A stretch of DNA of 44,441 nucleotides from a virus (lineage: Duplodnaviria; Caudoviricetes). The translations under genes were made by a program, and so were the position numbers. The notes beneath the pieces were generated by a model. That model saw only the letters and a program-made list of their open reading frames with translations. It was not told the DNA's origin and made no database searches. The stretch spans positions 1 through 44,441 of IMG/VR virus record IMGVR_UViG_3300027976_000071; one strand, 5' to 3'. Each line of letters opens with the position of its first letter. The stretch's first letter is position 1. Below are positions 26,863-34,381 of the stretch, piece after piece.

Positions 26863-27795
26863 ATGAACGAACTCTGGACCGAACGCTGGCGCCCATCGAA
26901 AATTGAAGATTGTATTCTTTCTAAAAATCTAAAAGACACATTTGCTAAGTTTGTAGAGCAAAAATATGTGCCAAATTTACTGTTATCTGGTACGGCGGGC
27001 GTCGGTAAAACTACTGTCGCCCGCGCCATGCTTGAAGAGTGTGGGTTCGATTATATAGTGATTAACGGTTCGCTCAACGGAAATATTGATACGCTTCGAG
27101 TCGAGATAAAAAACTTTGCTTCAACCGTTTCATTTACCGGTTCTCGAAAATATGTAATACTTGACGAAGCAGATTATCTTCAGCCGCAGTCTACGCAACC
27201 TGGTCTTCGAAACTTTATGGAGGAATATTCCAATAACTGCGGATTCATTCTTACTTGTAACTTTAAAAACCGGATTATCCCGCCACTTCATTCTCGCTGC
27301 GCAGTTATTGATTTCGTGATTCCTAATAACGAGAAGCCATTTCTTGCTCAGAGTTTCATGAAGCGAGCAGCTATGATTTTGAAAAGTGAAAACATCACGT
27401 TTGATCCAAGAGTTATTGCTGAGCTTATTACTAAATACTTCCCGGACTGGCGCCGATCACTTAATGAACTTCAGCGATATTCAGTTAATGGAACGATCGA
27501 TGTTGGAATCTTAGTTAATCTTTCTGATGATAATCTTAAGCCGCTTATTGGTTTCTTGAAGAACAAAAGCTTTAAAGAAATGCGAAAATGGGTAGCAACG
27601 AACACAGATATCGAGCCTCATGTGCTATATCGGAAGCTTTACGATGCTGCAAGTGAAAATGTCGCGCCCAAATCCATACCTCAGCTGGTATTACATCTTG
27701 CAAACTATTCGTATAAATCTGCGTTCGTTGCGGATCAAGAAATCAATCTCGTAGCGTGCTTAACTGAGATCATGGCCGACTGTGAGTTCATATGA
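26863..27795 (+). CDS. gp44: clamp loader large subunit
   Basis: LWTERWRP, GTAGVGKTT, ILDEAD, PLHSRC, FPDWRR. Confidence 0.97.
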   Translation: MNELWTERWRPSKIEDCILSKNLKDTFAKFVEQKYVPNLLLSGTAGVGKTTVARAMLEECGFDYIVINGSLNGNIDTLRVEIKNFASTVSFTGSRKYVILDEADYLQPQSTQPGLRNFMEEYSNNCGFILTCNFKNRIIPPLHSRCAVIDFVIPNNEKPFLAQSFMKRAAMILKSENITFDPRVIAELITKYFPDWRRSLNELQRYSVNGTIDVGILVNLSDDNLKPLIGFLKNKSFKEMRKWVATNTDIEPHVLYRKLYDAASENVAPKSIPQLVLHLANYSYKSAFVADQEINLVACLTEIMADCEFI

Positions 27796-28454
27796 GTGCT
27801 GCAATAGTATTGGGTAACGGGAAATCCAGGCTTACGGTTCCTCACTCATCAAAGTTAAGCACATATGGGTGTAATGCAATTTATCGGGATATGACGGTTG
27901 ACTTTCTTACTGCGGTCGATGTTAAAATGCAACACGAAATTTACAGTTCCGGTTATCCTATTAGAAATATCTGCTATTTCACCCAATGGGACATTCAAGA
28001 AGCTGCTGAATATGAATCGATTAAAAGTATGTTTGGGCACTCACTGGTCATTGAAAACACACGGCACTCGGATCGCTGTATTATTTCTGGCGCAGATAAC
28101 AATCTATATGTAACCTGGCTTTACCCAGTAGACCGAGTTATCGCCTTACCGACAGCACCACCGATGTCAACCGGACTAACTTCGCTCGACATTGCTGCAC
28201 AGGATAATAGTCTCGTGTTTATGACTGGTTTCGACATAGAAAATAGCGATAATATCTATCTGAATACAGCACTTTACGAGAATTCCTATCCATTAGCTGA
28301 ATGGTATTCCGAGCACGAACGGATATATAAAAAACATCCGTTTACTGTTTTTGCGCGGGTGAATTGCGGAATTAGTGAGTTTAAAACGGCAGAATTTTCT
28401 AACGTATATGATTATTCGCTTGAGGAATTTCAGAAAGTAGTGTCGCTATTATGA
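27792..28454 (+). CDS. hypothetical protein with GT29/MptE-like N-terminal Rossmann-type motif
   Basis: AIVLGNGKSR, YGCNAIYRD, LTAVD, STG, MTGFD. Confidence 0.55.
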   Translation: MSAAIVLGNGKSRLTVPHSSKLSTYGCNAIYRDMTVDFLTAVDVKMQHEIYSSGYPIRNICYFTQWDIQEAAEYESIKSMFGHSLVIENTRHSDRCIISGADNNLYVTWLYPVDRVIALPTAPPMSTGLTSLDIAAQDNSLVFMTGFDIENSDNIYLNTALYENSYPLAEWYSEHERIYKKHPFTVFARVNCGISEFKTAEFSNVYDYSLEEFQKVVSLL

Positions 28455-28846
28455 CTGTTAATTTTTATGATTACGTGAATGCTATAAACACTGGCAAAGA
28501 TATTATGACTGGGACGGATAATGATGAGTTAGCCGAGAAGGGGTATAACGCATTCATGGTTAACCGCCAGTTTTCGTATTTTCCAGATACTATTTTTGTA
28601 GCAAACGAAATGAATGCTAACCCGCAACTCGAGAAAAAGTTGTGTTTCTCTTTTTATATAAATATTGTTAGGCCCAAAAAGCGCTTTGCACGATGGGCTA
28701 AGACAGAGCATGGTGATGATCTCGAAGCTGTTAGCACGTATTTCGGCTATAGTTATGAAAAAGCAAATCAGATCATGGATATTTTGTCTTCTCAACAAAT
28801 CGAAACAATAAAGAAAAAGCTTGAGAAGGGTGGTTTGAAAAAATGA
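28451..28846 (+). CDS. gp62: clamp loader small subunit
   Basis: YNAFMVNRQFSYFPDTIFVANEMN, KKRFARWAK, YFGYSYEKA. Confidence 0.95.
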   Translation: MTVNFYDYVNAINTGKDIMTGTDNDELAEKGYNAFMVNRQFSYFPDTIFVANEMNANPQLEKKLCFSFYINIVRPKKRFARWAKTEHGDDLEAVSTYFGYSYEKANQIMDILSSQQIETIKKKLEKGGLKK

Positions 28847-29241
28847 TATTTGATATAAATTCACTATTAGAGATAAAGTTATTTGCTGAGGATGATTTCC
28901 TAAAGATCAGAGAAACATTAACGCGCATCGGTGTAGCATCAAAAAAAGACCAGATACTTTATCAGTCTTGTCACATTCTTCATAAGCAGGGCCGGTATTA
29001 TATCGTGCACTTTAAAGAGCTTTTTGCGCTCGACGGTAAGCCATCAAATCTCTCGGAATCAGATATAGCCCGCAGAAATTCTATTGCCAATTTGCTTAGG
29101 GAATGGGATTTGCTTGATATCGTTCGTCCAGAACAAAGCGAAGAACCAATCGCCCCAATCAGCCAAATTAAGATTCTTCCATTCAAGGAAAAAGCAGATT
29201 GGGAATTGGTTACAAAATACAGCATCGGTAAGAAAAAATAA
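28843..29241 (+). CDS. regA: translational repressor RegA
   Basis: DDFLKIRETLTRIGVAS, LYQSCHILHKQGRYYIVHFKELFALDG. Confidence 0.98.
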   Translation: MIFDINSLLEIKLFAEDDFLKIRETLTRIGVASKKDQILYQSCHILHKQGRYYIVHFKELFALDGKPSNLSESDIARRNSIANLLREWDLLDIVRPEQSEEPIAPISQIKILPFKEKADWELVTKYSIGKKK

Positions 29242-29251
29242 CACATATGTG

Positions 29252-29280
29252 TTGACAAACCACTCTTGGTTGGATATTAT
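29252..29280 (+). promoter_or_regulatory. sigma70-type early promoter
   Basis: TTGACA-N17-TATTAT. Confidence 0.75.
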
Positions 29281-29309
29281 AGAATTCAATTCTTCTATAG
29301 GTGTTTATT

Positions 29310-29755
29310 ATGAGAACTACTTTGTCTGTTTTTATTTTTGCGTTGTAGTAATTTTAATCTCTAGTCTTTACGCCGCGGTGCTGGCACAGACGGCCAGGAC
29401 AGACTCGACAAACTCGGCGTCTATTGCTGGGGATGTTGCAGCGAGAATTCCAGTGTCGCCGGCGCATACGCCGGCGCTAGTAGCAGCTACCGGTACGTGC
29501 ATGGACAGTACCTCTGCTGGTGTATCCGCTATGGCGTTCGGTCTATCATTGGGTAGTACGTGGCACGACGCTGATTGTAACCGCCGCCGCGCCGCAGCTA
29601 TGTTTATTGCGATGGGTATGCCCAAGATGGCGTACAACATCATGATGAACCGTGTATCGGCAAAAGAAGCTACGATGGTTCCTGAACTGGTCCAGAAGGT
29701 CGAAAACACGGACAATATCCCTAACTACGATCACAACCAGATCAACATGCAATGA
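29310..29755 (+). pseudogene. exported/membrane protein gene with a frameshift in the signal-peptide region
   Basis: AGGTG + ATG29310 MRTTLSVFIF joins CVVVILISSLYAAVLAQ... only via a -1 shift in the T-run near 29335-29339. Confidence 0.55.
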
Positions 29756-29814
29756 TCCCACTGACGAGCCCGTAAGGGCGAAACGAGGTGAAGCAGCCTC
29801 GTCTGGGATTGTAT
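29748..29814 (+). ncRNA. type I hammerhead ribozyme
   Basis: atccca-CTGACGA-gccc-gtaa-gggc-GAAAC-gagg...cctc-GTC-tgggat: complete catalytic core and three stems; predicted cleavage after C29803. Confidence 0.92.
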
Positions 29815-29940
29815 TAGAGTACATTCTTCAGGCAGCAGCCACTCCGATCTAAGTGCCTAGCAAGACCTAGTCGCAGGAAAAAGTCGCGGACGTATCATTA
29901 ACAGCGGTAGAGAGACAAAAAAAAAGAAAGTGAGGCTGAT

Positions 29941-30177
29941 ATGGCAGAATACAATGTTAAATTGGAAGCAGTGGAGGCTCGACTCGATCCGCGACTGGTT
30001 GGTATTGATGGTAAACTAGACCGTCTTACGGTCCAACTTTTGGCGCTCGCAACAACCGTAACCGAAGCAAAAACCGCTGCGGTCGGCTTGCATGAGGATA
30101 TGGGTAACATCAAATGGAATATTGTATTCACGGCCTTCGCGGTTATTGGTGTATTCTTCGCGATGTGGATTATTTAG
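29941..30177 (+). CDS. small coiled-coil protein with C-terminal transmembrane segment
   Basis: GAGG RBS; heptad-like N-terminus; WNIVFTAFAVIGVFFAMW. Confidence 0.6.
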   Translation: MAEYNVKLEAVEARLDPRLVGIDGKLDRLTVQLLALATTVTEAKTAAVGLHEDMGNIKWNIVFTAFAVIGVFFAMWII

Positions 30178-30286
30178 ATGTAAGTGGTGGAGATGATGCG
30201 GGGAATCTTGAAGTCGAATACGCGGCGCACAGCACCCGGCCCGACCATCGCGCTGAAAATAAGTGATATATTTCTTTAAAAAAGAT

Positions 30287-30314
30287 TTGACATCGTTTCC
30301 AGATGTGATATACT
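30287..30314 (+). promoter_or_regulatory. sigma70-type early promoter with A-tract UP element
   Basis: tttaaaaaagat-TTGACA-N16-TATACT. Confidence 0.8.
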
Positions 30315-30341
30315 AATAGTATTGAAACAGGAGACATAAAC

Positions 30342-30617
30342 ATGAGTATCAATATCGTCGCCAGAGCAACCTCAGGCAATAGCCGTAAGGGTTCGCTCAT
30401 CAACATGACGCCCAGTCGTATCGCCTCGGTGCTCGGGTTCGAGCCGAATTGCGAAGACGATGATGATAAGGTTCTATTCAGTTGGGGGTTCTCTGCAAAC
30501 CACAGAGAGTGCGGGATTTGGGATTATAAGGCAAGCCATGAGCGCGGTGTTTTCTCGTTCGATGGCCCGGCCGAGATCATGACTGAGCTCTTCGGCGCGG
30601 AAAACGTAACTCGATAA
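30342..30617 (+). CDS. hypothetical early protein
   Basis: AGGAG RBS after a promoter; DDKVLFSW...CGIWDYK. Confidence 0.75.
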   Translation: MSINIVARATSGNSRKGSLINMTPSRIASVLGFEPNCEDDDDKVLFSWGFSANHRECGIWDYKASHERGVFSFDGPAEIMTELFGAENVTR

Positions 30618-30651
30618 ATTCAAATTTTCCTTGACATAAATAGGAGCTATT

Positions 30652-30921
30652 ATGACCGTTGAATTTGTGATGATTAAGGCGAGAAACTATAAGATTGTTG
30701 ACAAACACAATAATAAGGAATACATCATAGTAGGTAGGAATTATCCTGCTGGCAACAACAAGTTCTATGCCGTCTGGACGGTATATCTTGATGATCAGAA
30801 ACTTCCACTAAAATTTGATTCTCTACACGGAGTTCTGAATTGGTACTGTAAGCCGTATGTATTCGAGCGCAAGAATTTCGCTAATTATCCTGGCCCACTC
30901 AGGCTGCTAGAGAGGAATTAA
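30652..30921 (+). CDS. hypothetical protein
   Basis: AGGAG RBS; stop overlaps next ATG. Confidence 0.7.
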   Translation: MTVEFVMIKARNYKIVDKHNNKEYIIVGRNYPAGNNKFYAVWTVYLDDQKLPLKFDSLHGVLNWYCKPYVFERKNFANYPGPLRLLERN

Positions 30922-31460
30922 TGACCGTAATTTTCGACATTGATGGAACACTTTCGAATCCAGATCATCGTCGGCCGTTTCTGAAAGAGGAACCGAAGAA
31001 TTGGAGTGCCTTTAATGAAACCATTTCGCTCGATTCTGTGTATTACCCGGCCCGCCAAGCGCTGCATTTATTCGCTCAGCGGCATGTCATTTTTGTTGTT
31101 TCCGCCCGCGAAAGCACGTCCGAAATTCGTACTCAGACAGTTCAGTGGCTTTTCGAACACACCAATATATTTTTTAAGGACGATCTCCCGTTGCTAACGG
31201 ATTCGCAGAGGGAAATCTTAGCCGAGTTACACACCCCCGGCCAGGGGTACGGAAAGTATATCAAATGCGGGAATTTATATATGCGCGAGCCTAAAGACTA
31301 TCGCGATGATACTATTATCAAAAAAGAATTGCTTGATCTTATCATCAGCCAGGGGTATACTCCAACAATCGTTTTCGATGATAGAACCAGAGTTGTTAAT
31401 ATGTGGCGTGAAAATGGGCTTTATGTTTTCAACTGCAACCAGTCTGGGGATGATTTCTAA
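30921..31460 (+). CDS. HAD phosphatase resembling the PNKP (PseT) phosphatase domain, without kinase domain
   Basis: FDIDGTL, VSAR, MREPKDYRDDTIIKKE, FDDRTRVVNMWRENGL. Confidence 0.85.
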   Translation: MTVIFDIDGTLSNPDHRRPFLKEEPKNWSAFNETISLDSVYYPARQALHLFAQRHVIFVVSARESTSEIRTQTVQWLFEHTNIFFKDDLPLLTDSQREILAELHTPGQGYGKYIKCGNLYMREPKDYRDDTIIKKELLDLIISQGYTPTIVFDDRTRVVNMWRENGLYVFNCNQSGDDF

Positions 31461-32572
31461 TGACTATACTTTTTAAACGAACTTCTTCCGGCGCTGTTCA
31501 AATTTGGAGAATGGAAATCTCTGAAGATACATATCGGACCGTTAGTGGACAGATCGACGGCATTCAAGTCGTATCGGAATGGCGGGTTGCACTTCCCAAG
31601 AATGAGGGAAAGAAAAACGGAACTACAGGCCCCGCTCAGGCGGAAGCTGAAGTTGCTGCTCGATATAAAGTAAAGCTTGAGCAGGGCGGATATCATTCAA
31701 CAATCGAGAACATCGATAAACCTAAGTTTCTTGAACCAATGCTTGCTCACAAGTTTAAGCCAGAAAGCTATTCTACTAAGGATTTCGCCAGCGGCCTGGT
31801 ATATTCACAGCCGAAGCTTGATGGAGTTCGGTGCATCGTTCGGGCCGAGGGTATGTTCTCACGGCGAGGAAAACCGATCATATCCGCACCCCATATTCGA
31901 GCAGCGCTTGAACCACTTTTTCTCGCCGATCCAGATTTCATTTTTGATGGCGAACTTTACGCAGGCGCTTTGGCTGATGATTTTAATACGATTATCAGCA
32001 TGGCAAAGCAGAGTAAACCCACGGCCGAGGATCTTGCGAAGAGTGCTACAGGACTTCAGTATTGGATATATGATATGCCCAGTTCTGAAGAGACATTCGG
32101 CGAGCGTACACAGCTAATTAGCAGGTTGCTCGCCGAATGTCATAATTCACTCGTTGTAGTTCCAACACATAAAGCAGAGTCCCGTGAAGCTCTTGATGGC
32201 CTATATGGTGGATATCTTGAATCCGGCATGGAAGGTCAGATGATTCGTGATGGCAATTCGATCTACGAAAGCGGCCGAACTAAATCGCTATTGAAACGGA
32301 AGGAGTTTCAAGATGCCGAATACAGAATCGTTCACATCAATGAAGGACAGGGAAACTGGGCGGGATATGCCAAGAGCGTCACATTTGATCTCGGTGATGG
32401 AACTACGTTCCGTGCCGGTATTAAAGGAAACCAGGAATTTACTAAAGCGTTACTCGAAGACGCAACGGCTTACGCGGGGCAGGAAGCTACGGTTAGATAT
32501 CAGAATTTGACTCCGGACGGAATTCCTCGGTTCGGTGTAGTGTACGCGTTTCACAGAACAGATAGAATGTAA
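31460..32572 (+). CDS. gp30: ATP-dependent DNA ligase
   Basis: PMLAH, QPKLDGVRC, FDGELY, EGQMIR, LLKRK, TPDGIPRF. Confidence 0.93.
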   Translation: MTILFKRTSSGAVQIWRMEISEDTYRTVSGQIDGIQVVSEWRVALPKNEGKKNGTTGPAQAEAEVAARYKVKLEQGGYHSTIENIDKPKFLEPMLAHKFKPESYSTKDFASGLVYSQPKLDGVRCIVRAEGMFSRRGKPIISAPHIRAALEPLFLADPDFIFDGELYAGALADDFNTIISMAKQSKPTAEDLAKSATGLQYWIYDMPSSEETFGERTQLISRLLAECHNSLVVVPTHKAESREALDGLYGGYLESGMEGQMIRDGNSIYESGRTKSLLKRKEFQDAEYRIVHINEGQGNWAGYAKSVTFDLGDGTTFRAGIKGNQEFTKALLEDATAYAGQEATVRYQNLTPDGIPRFGVVYAFHRTDRM

Positions 32573-32637
32573 CAAGGAGTGAAAATTATGAGTTACTCCA
32601 GATCACAGTAAGAAATCTATTAAGGAAATTGAGAATA

Positions 32638-32930
32638 ATGGATAAAACTTTACTCGAAAGGCTGGATGATATGTCTACTCAGATGTTTCAAACTGGACAA
32701 TGGGATTCAAGACTTGATACTGTGAAAGAGGCAAAAGAGTATATTGAGAAGTTAGAGAACATTCTTCACAGGGCATTTCCAGAAAAACATGGACACTTCT
32801 TTATTCGTGGAGAAGCCGATGAGAAGGATAGTTTCGACGTAGTTTAGGATTGCCAGATAAGATTTTTGTTTGCTAGACGGGCTTCAATCATATAAAAAAG
32901 GATGGCGACTATTGTGCGCCAGGATGGTAA
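32638..32930 (+). pseudogene. small gene apparently disrupted in its 3' half
   Basis: Removing the 11-nt insert with TAGTTT duplication (32829-32845) gives EKDSLGLPDKIFVC, then TAG, then KKDGDYCAPGW* ending just before the next ORF. Confidence 0.45.
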
Positions 32931-32935
32931 GATAA

Positions 32936-33259
32936 ATGAATAATAAAGATTATGTTGTTGTTACTACTATTTCATCGCATCGTATGCGGTATGTAATGCA
33001 TCGCGATGATCTACAGAAACAAAATCCACAAGACCCAGTTAATAGTATTGAATGGGCTAAGGATACAGTTAGCGCTGAAGAGTGTGATGTGTTCTCCCAA
33101 GAACACCTGGGAGAATATATCGTGGATGCTGTTGAGATGAGCGAAGATGATATGCTTGAACTTTTTGATAAGGACAATGATTATCTTATTGAGTGGACAA
33201 AGGATCAAAAACTTCAATTTGTGAGGAAAAGTATTGATTCAGAAGACAGTGATGAATAA
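32936..33259 (+). CDS. hypothetical protein
   Basis: 107 aa ORF; YVVVTTISSHRMRY, FSQEHLGEYI. Confidence 0.75.
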   Translation: MNNKDYVVVTTISSHRMRYVMHRDDLQKQNPQDPVNSIEWAKDTVSAEECDVFSQEHLGEYIVDAVEMSEDDMLELFDKDNDYLIEWTKDQKLQFVRKSIDSEDSDE

Positions 33260-33297
33260 CAGAGATTGCTAGAATCGTTTGAAACAGGAGACAGAGC

Positions 33298-33474
33298 ATG
33301 CAAAAGTTTAATTATGAAAACTACGACAATATCCCATCCGATATTGTTAATGCAGTCACGGAAATCGCAACAGTCGATAAAATCTCCGACATCGATCTAG
33401 ACGACATCAATGGGTTTCTTAATGGGAACCAAGATCTTAATGGATACGGCTGCACCCTCGTAACAGAGCATTGA
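33298..33474 (+). CDS. small acidic hypothetical protein (58 aa, not in ORF track)
   Basis: AGGAG RBS; MQKFNYENYDNIPSDIV...LVTEH*. Confidence 0.6.
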   Translation: MQKFNYENYDNIPSDIVNAVTEIATVDKISDIDLDDINGFLNGNQDLNGYGCTLVTEH

Positions 33475-33492
33475 ATAAAGGAAGAAAATAGC

Positions 33493-33750
33493 ATGAACAT
33501 TTATCTGCTGTCACAGAGTAAAACTACAGGATATGATACTTACGATAGTGCTGTGGTAATTTCTAATAGTGAAGAAGAAGCACGCAACATTCATCCCGAC
33601 ACATTTTGTAATGAATCTAACTTCTCTGAAGAAAAGTGGAGCGGCAACGATTGGTGCCGCCCTGAAGATGTAGACGTGATCTGCTTAGGTAAGGCAGATG
33701 AGCGTTATGTGTCTGCCGTAGTGATTTGCAGTTCGTTTAATGCAGGGTAG
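33493..33750 (+). CDS. hypothetical phage protein
   Basis: AGGA RBS; GYDTYDSAVV..EEEARNIHP...VICSSFNAG. Confidence 0.75.
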   Translation: MNIYLLSQSKTTGYDTYDSAVVISNSEEEARNIHPDTFCNESNFSEEKWSGNDWCRPEDVDVICLGKADERYVSAVVICSSFNAG

Positions 33751-33787
33751 TGGATATTCGTCTTCCGGGTGTGGTTAGCGTATATAT

Positions 33788-33846
33788 AGTGAGTGGAATG
33801 CTTCGGGTTCCACTCACTTAACCTTGCTTTTAGGAGGCGAACTATG
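33788..33846 (+). promoter_or_regulatory. ROSE-like RNA thermometer in hsp20 leader
   Basis: 11-bp hairpin 33788-33818, then ccUUGCUuuuAGGAgg (U(U/C)GCU paired to the Shine-Dalgarno). Confidence 0.65.
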
Positions 33847-34308
33847 CTTACATACGATAGACATAAATTTGACACTTTTTTTCTTGGTGCGGATGATTTC
33901 TGGCGACAGGTTGACCAGATGAATGAACATGTTGGAAAAACAATTCCAACTTATCCGCCATACAATATCAAAAAACTAGCTGAAAATAAGTACGTAGTTG
34001 AAATGGCGGTCGCTGGATTCGGCAAAACCGACATTGAAATTAATCTGGCTGACAATCAGTTGGTAGTTAGTGGTAAAATTTCTGGTGATGTCCCATTCGA
34101 TATTCTTCATAAGGGAATTTCGGATCGACCATTTACTAGAGAATTTACACTTGCGGATTCCGTTGTTGTGAAAGATGCAGCAATGATGAACGGTATGCTC
34201 AGGATTTTTCTTGAGCATATTATTCCAGACTCGAAGAAGCCCACCCGGGTTGATATCCGAGATGAAGCAGACGAAGTGAAGTCTGAACGAGAATTTCTTC
34301 AGGAATAA
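33844..34308 (+). CDS. hsp20: small heat shock protein Hsp20 (IbpA-like)
   Basis: YPPYNI, EMAVAGF, LHKGISDRPFTREFTLAD, NGMLRIFLE; start after AGGAGG. Confidence 0.95.
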   Translation: MLTYDRHKFDTFFLGADDFWRQVDQMNEHVGKTIPTYPPYNIKKLAENKYVVEMAVAGFGKTDIEINLADNQLVVSGKISGDVPFDILHKGISDRPFTREFTLADSVVVKDAAMMNGMLRIFLEHIIPDSKKPTRVDIRDEADEVKSEREFLQE

Positions 34309-34313
34309 TAAAA

Positions 34314-34341
34314 GAGGGGAGATGCTTCGGTTTCTCCCCTC
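34314..34341. terminator. strong hairpin between hsp20 and gp43
   Basis: gaggggaga/tctcccctc stem with CUUCGG; short A-tract 5', no T-tract on +. Confidence 0.55.
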
Positions 34342-34381
34342 AACCAATATATACAATACCGATAATTGAACAGGATATAGT

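Noticed and set aside
29084-29309. N-terminal part of the 223-aa ORF 29084-29755
   Set aside because: Overlaps regA out of frame and spans a promoter; the real RBS and ATG are at about 29299-29312
16765-32876. TAG stop-codon reassignment (TAG appears at the gp47, 29310 and 32638 breaks)
   Set aside because: Reading through TAG does not restore these frames without an indel, long core genes have no internal TAG, and genes such as gp3 end normally on TAG
33793-33843. N-terminal extension of Hsp20 in the ORF track
   Set aside because: It is the structured leader; AGGAGG points to ATG33844
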